A stretch of 64,000 nucleotides of DNA from Lama guanicoe (Eukaryota). The notes under the pieces are model-generated. The model was given only the letters and a program-made list of their open reading frames with translations. It was not told where the DNA came from and made no database searches. Both the position numbers and the translations under genes were made by a program. This document shows, in pieces, positions 49,931 through 62,370 of the stretch (position 1 is the first letter of the stretch; each line of letters begins with the position of its first letter). The stretch spans positions 744,001 to 808,000 of the forward strand of contig MU053431.1 in NCBI GenBank assembly GCA_013239625.1, read 5' to 3'.

Positions 49931-52900
49931 ACCCACTGAATCAGAAGCCATGGGGCTGTGGCCCAGGACTCTGCCTGTTCAATCCTCTCCCAGGGAAGCC
50001 GATGTTCATCAAAGCACGAGGGCTCCGGGTCCAGAGGAGTTCTGGCTTCAGAACCCCAGTGGCCAGAGTCCCTAGCGAGAAAGCATGCTGTTCACAAGGG
50101 GGTGTCCGGGGGGTGACAGCTTCTTGGCATTGCTCAGGGTGCGGCTGAATGACGCTGTGCGTTGCCCTCTCCCCGGAGCAGTAAATGGGGCACTTCCACA
50201 TAGAAGTGTAGGATCTCGTATTATAAAGCGTGACACAGAACACTTTCGTTGTGTTTAAAATGTGCGTGGAACATTTGTTCTCCCATTATTTTTCCCCGTC
50301 AAACAGAATCTTAACGAGATTACGGCTCAGATAATATCGCGGAGTGCATTGTAAATATTTTGTTGATGTAAAGGTTTGCGTTGGGAATGGATGGTTTCAG
50401 GGCTGCTGCTGCAGACGAGGGAGGCTCGCTCCCTCTGCCGCTGAGATGTGGAGGCAGGCGGGCAGGAGCAGGGAGCTCTCCGGCAGGAGAGCGTTTATAG
50501 AACAAGCCTCTTCTGTCCCCTGAACTGCTTTGCTCTGCAAATGCAAAAAGGCATTATTTCTGGCACCCGCATCTCATTTCTGTGTTTCAAGCAGTCGCGC
50601 TTTTGCTGCCCGGCCGCTTCGCTCTCCTGCAGGCAGAGGTGAGCGCCCCGCCCCTTTCTGTGGCTGCGCGGCAGGTAGCCTCATGGGTACCTGGGACCAG
50701 ACCTGCAAGCCACCCTGCCCGCTGAGTCTGCGCTGATGGAGAGCCTGGGTACCCAGAGGCTCCCGGTCTTCCTGGGAGTAGGTGTCTGTGGCCATCCTGT
50801 CTGTCTCTCCGGGTCGGGATGGGCAACCCAAAGGCTGGCCCCTCTAGAGAAGGACCGCTGCGGCTGGACGCCAGGCTTCTCAGGCCCCCTGTGCTGCTCC
50901 GGCCCCTCGGGCTGCAGGTGACACATCCCAGGAGCACAGCCCGAGCAGAGCGGAAGGGCCTCTGGGTGGAGCATGCAGATGAGCTGTGTCGTTGCTTTGT
51001 CCTGAGGTGCAGGCTGCTGGCACTCAGTGAGGGCTGAAGGGAAAGATGACCGTTTTCCTTCCTCCCTTGTTTCTTCAGCGCAGTGTTTACAGAGGGCCTC
51101 GGCAGGCACTGGGTTATGGACGCCGCAAATGGGTAAGCTGCATCACGCACACATTATTGGCCCCTTTTGCGAAGCAGCGGATCTAATGTGGGGTGACTTG
51201 GGTCACTCATTTCAGGGGGCAGCCTGCCTCCCGAGGTCCGCCCTCACCCCATCCTGTCCATCACCTCGGCCCTAACCCCTCAAGGAGGACGGGCACCCCG
51301 AGGCGCAGGTCTGATCAGCTTGAGGGGCGCAGACCCAGCGCCCCCATCATCAGCTGTGTGGCTCTAGGCACGTGCCGCGGCCGGTGTGACCTCTGTGGCC
51401 GCTTCCCCGGGAGGGGATGACCGTTCCCACGGCTCAGGCCAGTCCCGAGGGTCCAGCAGGATGGGCATACGACACGCAGGAAGCAGGGTCTGGCCTGTGG
51501 AAAGCAGGCCGCTGCTCACCTGCCCTGCAGTCGCTGCTGTTATTAACGGACGATCCAGGCTCTCCTCCTCCAGAGTCTTGGCCCTGAGATGTGACGAAGT
51601 GGCCTTTAAAGTGGTAATTTTTTCCATTAGATGGCTGCTCGATTTGATATTTTTGTGGTTTTGTTTGGGGACTTTTTCCCTCCTGACCTTTACATTCTTA
51701 TGTGTGGCCAGAGACCTTTTGTTAAAAGGCGTGTTTTCAAAATTGAGTAAATAAATGATGGAGTGGCGTATTTAAAGCTCCGTAGGCTCGTGGGGGCGGG
51801 CGGCAGCACACGAACGTCATCTCAGTACCGTCAGCTGTCCGCAGGGCTGGGTGTGACCGGATTCCGCCACGTCCTCGTTAACGCCGAGGCACCAAGCTGA
51901 CGCGTTGTTGGAGACCCAGCATCAGAGGGAGGCGTCGCCACACGCAGGCGCCTAACTGCTGAGAGCCGGACGCTTTTTTCTCAGGATGTCTTATTCTTTC
52001 CCCCCTTCCCTCAGGTACAAAGACGGGAGCGTGCCGCTTGTCTCATCTAGTTCTTATATTTTAAGATAAAAACAGAATACCAGAAAAGGGCTGAAGGCGA
52101 TAAAATTGCGGTCAAAAGTCCATAAAATTATAGAACTTATGTTTTTTTGAGAACAGGGAGGTTTCACGCTGACTTTTTGTGTAAAGGAGCTGGACAGCTT
52201 AGGGGTTATCCGTGGAGACGTGTAAGATACGCTTCCATGTGAGGGGGGAGAAAAAAACAGTTACATGCTTGAAAGGTTAATGGCTAGTAAACGTCAATTT
52301 TCTACCATCCTGGCTAATCAAAATAGCTTATGAGACGTAAGATGTCATGCTGCCACCATTGCAGCGGCCTTTGAAATCCATTTTGAAGTCTTAGATCCTT
52401 GGAAACGAGGGGGTTGGGGGGATACAGCCCGAGCTTCGCGCACCTCTCCCTCTGGTTGAGCAGGGGCACCTTCACCAAAAGGAGAGCGTCTCTGAGTGGG
52501 TGGGAGTGTTTCTCTGGGGTATTTCTGGGTTAATCACTTGGTCAGTGCTGTGGATTCCGGGTCCTAGACACTGTGGATGCGTCTTTATTACGGAAGATCT
52601 GTCCCCCCTGGTAGACCTGCGCTGTGTTTGTGGGTCCACGATCTGGCCGCACCGGGGCACCTGCACGGACTCCTAGAAGCATAGACATTTCCAAGGTCTC
52701 TGGTTTTAAGTGTGATGACAGTGACAGACTTCTGCCGCAGCCCCTGACTTGGATGGGGGTGCCTCCGCTCTTTAGACTGGAATTCCAGTGCGCAGAGATT
52801 CCGGAACTTCCCGGAGTTTCGCAGGAACAGAGTGGGGTGGGGGTGAGATGGGAGAACCTTCTCGCCTTAGAGTCTCCACCCTCACTCCGTGCTGTGAGCT

Positions 52901-55900
52901 TTGCCTGGGATGGAGGTAAAGCATCCTCTGCAGGGGCAGAGCAGATGCAGTGCAGTTAGAGGAGACCTACAGGACCCGGCTTGCGGGATCTCCACCACTG
53001 GTGTGTCACTGTCCCGGTGCCTTGGGGTCCTGTCGGCACCCGCGCTTCTTCCACCCGTCTTCCTGGAAGACGCCCTCACGCCCGGCCTCGCTGAGTCAGC
53101 TCAGTGGAGGGGCCAGGTGGCTGCCTTTCTCATTTCTTTGTGAGCAGGATTGAATTCCCCTCCAGCTGGAGTGGAGCCGCAGGCTCCAGCATCTTATACC
53201 AGGAGGCTCCATCCTGGGGGCTCACGTGTCCGGGTTTAAATCCTGAAACCTCGCGTCCTCGCCTGATGCTGCACCGTGGTTCTCACCTGTCATCCTCATA
53301 CGGCGGGGGGGGGGGCGTGAACCTACAATGGGAATTTGACTTTTATCTCTGTCAGCCTGGAGCCTGTGCCTTCCCCCCTGAAAAGGAGCCGCTCACGAGA
53401 CGGTCCTGTCATGAGAATCCTGGTTTTGCCTCTTCCCGATTGAAAGGTAAAAAGGAAGGGTAGCAGGTCTCCCCTCGATGTGCCCATGTTTGGTTTGGGG
53501 GTTTGGTGGGGGCAGGTCTGGACTCCAGGACTGATGGGGAGGTGGGGAGGAGTGCAGGGCGGAGGGCAGGGCCAGCAGAACAGGGCACTTGGGAGCAGGA
53601 CGCCACTCCTGCTCTTGGTGGCTTCCCTCGTTCACTGAAAATCGTGCCGTACGTCCACGGCTGTGCCTCCCGTATGGGGCACCAAGAAGAGGATTCCTTC
53701 CAAGCCAGGCCTCCCTCCTCCCGGCAGCCCCTGTGCTGGCACTCAGGGTTCTAGGAAACGCACTCCATTGTTGGGTCCTAAAAGGAGGATTCAGGAAGGG
53801 TGCCGTTCTGTGACATGCCAATAAAAAGCCCCTCCTCCCCACCCCCTGCGGTTTTCTAAGGTTGCCGCTTTGAGGAGGCCCTAATTAATCACTTCCTCCA
53901 ACCCCAGGGGAGCAGAGGGACGCTCCCCAGATAAGGAGGCTGCAGTCCCCGCCTGTCTATGTCCCATTGTTTGCTCACACTGAAAGGTGGTTACTTTAAT
54001 CAGGAAGGCATCCGTCCAGCAGTGACCGAGGCATTGTCTTATTGCATTTTCTCTTACCAGTTTTGAAATATTATTTCCTTCTTGCTTAAATGCCATGCGA
54101 GTTAAAACTTACGTTGTTGGAAATGGCACTGTGGGTGAGCGGGCAGTTTACAGCAGAGGAGCCTGGTATCCTGGTCTCTCCAGGGTGGTGAATGTGGACG
54201 GCAACACCCTCGTCGCCCTGGACCCTCGCCTGGGTTTTTCTGGAGGAGTCCTGAGTTCTGGGTATCGGCTGGTAGCAGCGGAGGCGAACGCTTATCAATT
54301 TATTTCCTGACATCGTGCGCCGTTAATCTCTGCTCGCCGACTCCCAGTGGGACCGCAGCCGCTCTCCGGGAAGTTATTTGATTTCTGATGTAAGGAAAGG
54401 GATTCACGCGGCTGGATTTTGATAAGGCCGCCGTCTGGCGTGGCTCAGACACGCTCATCCCGGCCGTGTGGCTGACAGGTGGCTCGCTGGGCGGGAGTAC
54501 TGCAGAGCAGCGATGCCGGACGTGCGGAGATAATTGTAGTTCTGCTATTTAAAAAAAATAAGGCTAGTGCTTTACAATGTTGAAATGATAACCTGCTCAG
54601 GGAGGCTCGCAGTGCCTGTCTCTTGGCACAGGGAAAGCTCTTCGAGCAGCTTGACTTGGAGCCTATTAATCTACCTGTATTTTCCCCGAGCATAAACTAA
54701 AGTCTCGTTTCTGTCTGAACGCTCAGGCTAGGACGTGGGGCCGGAGGCGCAAGTCTGCGGTTTCGAGCGAAACATGCTCCATATTCCAGAGGTTTCCGTG
54801 CCCGTGTTGTGTTTACGCCTCTGCTTTCAAATGACCTGCAGTGTTGAGATTAGAGGCACTTGGTTCGACTTAACATCTAAGTACCGTGATCTGCGGAGTT
54901 GCTCCTGATCCGGTGCTCAGCTCGGTGTTCTGCCTGGGGGTTGGAGGAAGAGAGGGTTAGAGGCCACCCTGGAGTGGTAGGTCAGTATGGCCCCATGCCT
55001 CTGCCATCTTCCTGTCCCCACTAGGACAGTGACAGGGCTGTGCCCAAGGTCCCCCCGCCCCGTGCTCAAGCCAGATGTTCTGGTGGTAGGCGTGTCCTTG
55101 GAAGCCCAGGACTGTGGTCCTGGACAACAGAGACGGGCCTGTTCACCTACCACAGCGGCTCTACAAAGGCCCGGGGCCCCTGGGGGCCAGCAAGGTGCCA
55201 CACGGTCATCAAGACCTCACATTGTTCGTTTGGCCCCAGGAGGTGGTGACCAGCTTCCTAAACACGGTGGATCTTTGGATTCCTAGATCAGCGTAACTGT
55301 GGGTATCGCTGGCCCATTAACCACAGGACCCTGGAGAGTCTTAGACCCCTGGGGCCGGCATTGAATCCCTGCCCAGGTAGCTGGAACCTGCCAGCCCTTC
55401 CCTGCTCTGTTCCCCCATCTTGGCTGCCTCCCTTCCCACTTGCCCTTGTGTCTGCGGGGCTCTCCCAGGGCCTCCTGATTCAAAGGTCACCCCTCCTCCG
55501 GGCCCTCTTTTGCTGTCTTCTCCCTTCCCTTCTGCCTGAGCTGAGTGAACTTAATGACGTCCACTGCCCTTGTCTCCTGGTTGTATTGGGACATGCAGTA
55601 ATGTCATGTTTACGGTCCTCCCCCCCGTGTCTGCCCCACTGTGGTCGCACAGCATGTGCGGCGTTCCAGGTAGCGGAGCGGTGAGGCAGGGCGTGCTGGG
55701 GAGCTGGGGAGAGAAGACGGCACGCCGGGGAAGCCGCCTTCCCGGGAAAGGGCCTTTAGGAGATGAGCTTCTCCCGCCTCTTGGAGGGGGCGGGGGCTGG
55801 AACTGACAAGCAAGAACATATGAAAGCAAGATAATTCGAGGAGGGCGGGCATGAAACGGAAAAGCCGAAGTGCCTTCCGTCTCGCACCGCCGTGCGAGGG

Positions 55901-58797
55901 CTCACTCAGTTTGTTTATGGGCTGTTATCGGAGTAAAGTGGGGCACGTGGATCTCCGCCTGATGAAATCACCCCCTGGGCCGTGTTGGCTTCAGGTCCCT
56001 GGGCGTAACTGGACAAGGACAGCGACTGCGGTGCAGTTCCGTGCCGGACGGCCTCTCCCTTTGTGCTCTTCGTGCACAGCAGCCCACGGGCGCGCCAGTG
56101 ACACAGGGGCAGGCGGGCGCTCCGGCTCTGGTCCTGGCTTGGAGCTGCGGACGGGGTGCCCATCAGGCCCGGCAGGGGCCCCGCACGTCAGCCCCGCGCG
56201 CTTCTCCGATTCAAAGTCTGTGTTGTGACCTGGGCGAGAGTTGCATCCGTGGCGGACTCCTGCTCAGGGTGCTGCTCGGCTGGTCCAGGCGTCTGCGTGG
56301 CAGGCGGCTCCTCGCTGGGGGTCTGGGGGCCAAGGAGGCCACGGACTGCCTTCTGCTTTGTTTGAAAAATTGTTTGACCTACCCCCCACTCCCTGCCACC
56401 TCCGCCCTTCCCCAGGTAGGCCTGTCTGCCAGCATTATTTCACGGCCGAGAATTGGGTACCTCTGTAAAATTATATTGACCTGAGGGAATTGAGGCCAGA
56501 GGTGCCTGGTGCTTAAACGCGCAGGAATCAAACTGCTTGGCTGATAACATTGTATCGATCCATCTCCCCTCCCTGCTTTGCTGAGCCAGAGGCCTCCCAG
56601 ATGACGTGGTGGTGTTTGGGGGTTGTAGTGGTGCATGGAAGTCCTCATTCTCGATGTTGAAGTGATGTGTTCGTGGCCCGAGGACTGGATCTTCATCGCG
56701 GCTCCCGGTGACGTCAGGCAGCAGCCCCCTGGCCGGGGGCCAGGTGTGGGCAGGGGATGCCTTTCCTTCTGTGTGTGCCGGAGACTCTGTCCTGGGGCTC
56801 GGCCCTCGGGAAGCAGCTCAGGGCTCACAGCTAGTGTTCCCAGAGGAGAACGTTCAAAGTGCAGGAGAAACAGGCAACTGGAAAGGGAATGCGGGGAAGT
56901 GGAGCTGGTCTGTGGGGCGCGCCCTGTCCTCTGGGTACACGGGTCACCTGTCACGCTGCTCTGGACGGGCCCCGTGGGAGGTCGAGGGGCCCACTACTTC
57001 AGGGACCCGAGGCCTTACTTCGGTGAGCTCCACCTCTTAGGCGGGGCTGGCTCTGGATTCCGTTAGAGCCCGGCAGCCAGGAGCCTTCCCTGCGGAGACT
57101 GAACACCAACTTCTGGCCTTTGCCGTGGCAGGTGCCGTGAGAGCCACTGCGGTGACGCAGGGGTGCTGAGTTTGCTGGGGCTTGCTCTGTCTGGGGCTCC
57201 GGCCTTCTCACTCCCAGGGCCGCCCACTCCTGTATTTCTAGGGGTGAGCGGCCCTGTGGCCGTGACTGCCGGCCCGAGAGCGTCCACTGCAGCTGAAGGG
57301 CATCCGCTGCGCTGCAGGCTGCCTCTCCGCCCACGCGCTCGGACCCGCCCTCTGCCCGGGCCTTGCAGCCCCCACGGGCCGCGCCTTCCTCGTCCTGTTC
57401 CACCCCCCGCCCCGCCCCGCCCCGAGCTCCCGCTCCCTCCTGCTCTGCCGGGACCCTCTCCTCCGCTGCTGCAGGGCTTCCTGTCTCAGTGCTCGGCTCC
57501 TGTCCCCTCGCTGGTGGGTCCGGTCCCACTGTCACCCTCCTCCTCCCCCGAGTCCCGTCTGCCCCCTCGGGGCCCTGGTGCTGCCCGGTTCCCCTCACTG
57601 TTACTGTCTCACCCGTCACCCCCCTCTGCCACGTCGTGGTGCCAGGGACACACAGGCCCTGCTCTGGCCGCGCCCCAGGGCCTGGAGCAGGCCGGGGGCA
57701 GAGGACACGCAGTCAGGGCCCATCGCCAAGCAGGTGACAGGTCGTGTCCCTGCTCTGCTCCGATCCTTCCCGACGTCACCCACAGCCCCCTCCTGAGCAA
57801 GTCTGGTGACTGTCACACCCCTCACCCCCCAGTGCAGCTCCCCACGACCCCCTCCCCCAACCCTGTGGCTGGAATCCCTTGGCTCGTCTTCTGTCTGCTC
57901 TCTCTCCCTGGGGAGATCCTACCTGTCCTTGCCTGGGGTGGCAAGTCCACTCCGGAGGCCCCGTCCTCTCCCGGGGGGGCTGGGCCCCCATGTCCTATGC
58001 CCCTTGGCAGGTACGACTGCTGGGGCTGTGCTGCGGCTCAGCCAGGGGAGGCCAGCAACTGGACCTCCCGTCCGCCCAGTGCACCTGCTGGGGTCAGTCA
58101 CCCCCGGGTGCTGTCCTCCTGAGTGGGGGAAGGGCCCTGCCCACCAAGGCTGGACCCTGGGTGCCCCCACAGCCCCCAGGGCCGGGCTCCCTGCTTCCAG
58201 TTCCCAGACGTGCGGGCAGACTGGGCCTTGGTGTGGAAATTCCCAATCCTGTAACCTTCCGGGAGCCAGGCAAGCACAGCAGGTCTCTGGGCCGAATCTC
58301 AGGCCAACAGTCCATGACTCGGTTCCAGTCGGTTTTAAGTAACAGGCGATGCATTGAGGCCAGCGCGTGTGTGAGTCTGGGACTCCCTTGTCCAGCTCGA
58401 CTGCTGGGTAGGAGGGGACACCTCAATCTGGCCTGCTGGTTGCAAGGAAGAAAACCTCCTTGGGGACCGGGCCTGGCATCTTTAAAACAGGGCTCCGTGC
58501 CGACCAGAGGCCAGAGGAGGGCCCAGTGGACAGCAGGGCTCTGGGCCTCCAAGGCGGGGCTGGAGACCCCTCTGCTCTCCTGCTGGCCATGAGCCTCGAC
58601 CACAGGGGCCAGGTGGGGTGGGGTGTGCGGCCCCTCGAGGCTGAACGCCTAGGGCTGGGCGTGCGGAGGTGAGAGGCTGGTGCAGGTAAGCTGATTTTAA
58701 CTGCACTTTATTCAAAACAGGCTATCGGAGCCTGAAGACGTCCAAAACGTCAGGCTATGCAGTGACCCCCATACTTGGGGTCTGTGAACCCCTGGAA

Positions 58798-58998
58798 GGA
58801 CCCTCGGGGCTCCTACGGCACAGGGTGGGTGGGGAATGAGTCCCGGGGGCCCTCGGGGGGTCCCACAGCATGGGGGGTGGTGAGGAGTGAGTCCCAGGGA
58901 CCCTCGGGGGCTCCCACGGCACGGGGTGGGTGGGGAGTGAGTCCTGAGGACCCTGGGGGGCTCCCACATTGGAAGGAGGGTGGGGAGTGAGTCCAGAG
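58798..58998. repeat. G-rich minisatellite, ~50-bp unit, 4 copies
   Basis: Unit approximately GACCCTCGGGGGCTCCCACGGCACGGGGTGGGTGGGGAGTGAGTCCCAGG, repeated four times with substitutions. Confidence 0.9.
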
Positions 58999-60089
58999 TC
59001 GGGACAGCAGCTGTCCAGTAAGCTCTCACCCAACATCAGCGCTTCGGGTGGCCGCCGGGAGGCCCTTATTCTTGCGAACCTCGCTTTTTCCCAGAGGAAG
59101 CCAGCTCCAGACGTGGAGCAAGAGCTTAACAGCATTATGTTGCTCTCACTGCGCTTACTTGCAAGCACAGGGTGAGGCAGTGTCACAAGTTCCCCTTTTA
59201 AACGCATGTGCTCCGTAAAACAAAAGCCTCGCTGGGCCCAGGTGGCAGGCCGGGGTGGCGTGCTGAGCGGCGTCCGCGTGCGAGGTGCGCGCTTGCCGCC
59301 CTGGGGAGGGGCCCGCAGCCAGCACGCCCACGGCACCTGCCCGGCCCCGCCACCGTCCCTCCCCAGGGGCCGCATCCAGGTGAGAGCTCGCACCCTCGTG
59401 CCGCGCCCAGTGTTCCTGACGGTTGCTTCCCTTTGTGGTAGGTTTACTGTTTTCCCTGGTGATGAAATGTTTCCCATGGGAGTCGTGAAGGTTGTAAGGA
59501 AAATGGGAGGGAAAAGGGTAAGATGGTCCACAGACGGGGCAGAGAGCCTGGGCTGGGCCGGCTGTGGACAGAGCTGCGCGGGGGCTCTCTCGTCTCCTCT
59601 CTCGCCCGAGGCTCAGAGCTGGCAGCACGTTCTGACCCAGAGCCTGCGGTGGGCGGGGGTCTCCCTCCCAGCCCGGTGCCATCACCAGTGTGAGGCCAGG
59701 CAGAGACCCAGGCGAGCTCCGTGTGCACCTGTCACCCCCCCAGGGCCGCACCAGGGATCCTGGGGGGTCCGCACTGCCAGCACCAAAGCCTGAGGGGACA
59801 CACCCCGGAAGCTGTGCGTCCGTGGATGGGGACCCCATTGTCTCCCAGTCAGCCAGCCTGCCTGCTAACATTGAACACAGAAACAGCACACTGGCTGCGC
59901 CTGCAGGCTCAGCGAGCTGTCCCCGCTCGGCACCCATTCGGATGTTCGTCTGAAAATCCCGGCTGCTGTGGAGAGAGCCGCGTGGAGGAGGGGCCGGCCC
60001 AGGGCGGGAGGTCGCCCCGGGCACGCGTCAGGTGCGACGGCTTCTGTTTCAGAACCATCTACCTTTCGTCTCTCTCTTACTTCAATAGA

Positions 60090-61060
60090 TCATTTTGTAT
60101 TTTTAAAGTGCCGAACAATTTACTTTTGAAAACTTGAAATACAGAGAAATGTGAAAAGAATAAATCAGTGCAATTTTGTCTCCCTCCCCCGTACAACCAC
60201 TTTTAACCATTTGGCACACCTGGCATGTGTGTGTGTGTGTGTGTGTACGTGTGCATAGGGGGGCATGTGCCCATGTGCATAAGCTTGTGTAGGTGTGGTG
60301 TGTTACCACGTGGGCACACACGTGTGGTATGCAGTCACGTGGGCACACTTGTGTGTTGCACGCACCTGTGTCAAGTGTGTGAGTGTGGTGCGTGCACGCA
60401 TGGGTGGTATGTGTGCATACCACTTGTATGCACACACATGTGCTAATGTATGTGTGTGTGGCGAGCGTTCACGTGCACACGGGTGTTGTGAGAGTGGTGC
60501 ATGCATGCACAAAAGCATGTGAGTGTGTGTGTGCATATGTGCAGACACATGGCTGCACAGACGTGCATGCGTGTGGAACGTGTGCATGTGGTGGGCCTGC
60601 GCCGTGGAGGGACAGAAGGACATTTCCAGTTCTCTGCTGCTGAAAATGACGGATGCCGTGAAGAAAATCTACACACGTGCATCTTAGGGCACATTTCTCA
60701 TTGTGAGAAGCAGAATTCAGAAACGTGTTCCCGAGGCCATGCGGGCCTGGATCTGCGTGTCTAAAGGATGCTTCAGGGGGGAGGTGGCCATTTACGTTCC
60801 CAGCCAGAACTTCGGAGACGCCGGGGTTCCCGTGCCTCCTTCGTACACGGCTGTTCTTTTAAAGACATTTTCCAGTCTGACAGGTGTAAGAGAGCATCGT
60901 TTAATCGTGCATTTATTTAATTAGAGCGGCTGGGAATTTTTCTAAATTTGCCATTCCTCCCCATGTTTTCTTGTGCAAATTGTGTGTCCATATTTGTCAG
61001 TTTTTCTCTCTCGGGGTGACTGGAGTGGCCTCGTATGAAAACAGATTCATCTGGAAGAAA
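60090..61060 (-). mobile_element. Ancient L1ME-like 3' end interrupted by a TG-rich repeat
   Basis: aaccacttttaaccatttgg, tttccagttctctgctg, ccatttacgttcccagccag and tttccagtctgacaggtg...tgcatttatttaatta. Confidence 0.6.
60222..60592. repeat. (TG)n and degenerate (TGCA/CACG/CATG) alternating purine-pyrimidine tract
   Basis: tgtgtgtgtgtgtgtgtgtgtacgtgtgcata...gtgcatgcatgcacaaaagcatgtgagtgtgtgtgtgcatatgtg. Confidence 0.9.
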
Positions 61061-61233
61061 TCTGACCTCTGTCTTCAACCTACAAACCCGACTTGGGTTT
61101 CTGTTAGTCCTGTCACCACTGAGATCCCTCAGGAAAGTTTTGTAACTTTTTTCAAGTAGTTTTGGTGTATTCTTAGAGTTTGTCCCTACGCGCTTAACAC
61201 GTGCTCTTGTGTGAGGAGTGTCTGCAGGGCGGC

Positions 61234-61259
61234 GGTGCTGGTGCTGGTGCTGGTGCTGG
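61234..61259. repeat. (GGTGCT)4 hexamer repeat
   Basis: ggtgctggtgctggtgctggtgctgg. Confidence 0.85.
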
Positions 61260-61411
61260 GCGCAAGCTGTTCATCTAGGGACCGTGGTTTGTACGACTAA
61301 GTAAGCAGAGCCCATCCAGACTGGCTGAAGCCCCAGCACAGATTCTTTGAGAGGCAGTGGGGTTTTCTGAAGGCCTGGAATCCAGCACTGAAATTTAAGG
61401 CTGCCAGGATG

Positions 61412-61620
61412 AGGCATGGGGAAGCCTTTTCTGTAAAGGGCCAGAGAACGGTTATTTTAGGCTTTGCAGGATAGGTCTGGTGGGGCCTGCTCACCTCGGC
61501 TGCTGCAGCACGAAAGTGGCCGTAGACAACTGGGGACGAATGGGGCAGCTGTGTGCCAGGGAGACTCTGCTTACAGCAGAGGCTGCAGGTTGGAGTTGAC
61601 CCCACACAGAGCCCCCGCTT
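61412..61620. mobile_element. MER58A-like hAT-Charlie element
   Basis: ttttctgtaaagggccaga...tattttaggctttgcagg...tgcagcacgaaagtggccgtagacaa...gaatggggcagctgtgtgcca. Confidence 0.85.
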
Positions 61621-61724
61621 TCTGCTTCTCTATGACTCTCCCATCTTCATGTTCCTAGTTTTCTGTGCATGTGGAGGAAAACTGTTCCTGGTTGAGAACC
61701 ATTGCTCTGAATGCATTACTCTTT

Positions 61725-61835
61725 AGCCCTCATAGCAACGTTATGAAGCTTGGCGTTATGGCCCCATTTGACAGATGGGGAGACTGAGGCCAGCAAGATG
61801 CCACAGCCAAGGTCAGGGAGCTTATAACCCACGTC
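61725..61835. mobile_element. MIR fragment
   Basis: ccccatttgacagatggggagactgaggcc...ccaaggtca. Confidence 0.7.
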
Positions 61836-62370
61836 GGCCTGACAAGCACTGTGGCCGTGTGAGTGCAGTTCAGAGTTGGGTCAGAGCCCACGGCATGTGC
61901 CTGCAGGGTGCAGTCCCCGCGTCCCAGGGACCCGAAAAGAGGAGGCAGAGGAGGCAGGAACACAGAGGACTGGGCCCTTCCAGTGCTGCCAGGAGCATTT
62001 TCTGCTGGGCATTAATAATGCCACCACCACCACGGTCACAGTAAAGGAAGATGAGGGAAATGAACACTTGCTGGCTGGTGTGTTCAGTGCTCAGCGCAGT
62101 GATCTGCTCCCACGGGGCTGGAGTTAAGAGTGGACGGCTCCTCGCCGCCGGTGAGCTCTGCTGGCCCCAGACAAGGACCCCGAGATGGGGGCTCCGCAGA
62201 CCCCGGCTCCAGGCGGCCATGCTCCGCCTCACTGGAGGGGCCCGCGCTCCTGCCGGGGGCCTGGGCGTGGACCTCCCGGGGCGGCCGCTGGGCCGGGTGC
62301 AGCCCGTGCTCCCGGGGCCAGACGCCTGCGGCCTCCCGAGGGGCCTCCACCCTCTGCATCTGGGGCTGGC

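Noticed and set aside
56999-60024. Several 190-320 aa ORFs in intron 2
   Set aside because: Low-complexity and GC-driven, overlapping on both strands, with no recognisable domain or splice framework.
60103-60764. Cys/Val/His-rich ORFs resembling metal-binding proteins
   Set aside because: Translations of the TG/CA repeat tract.
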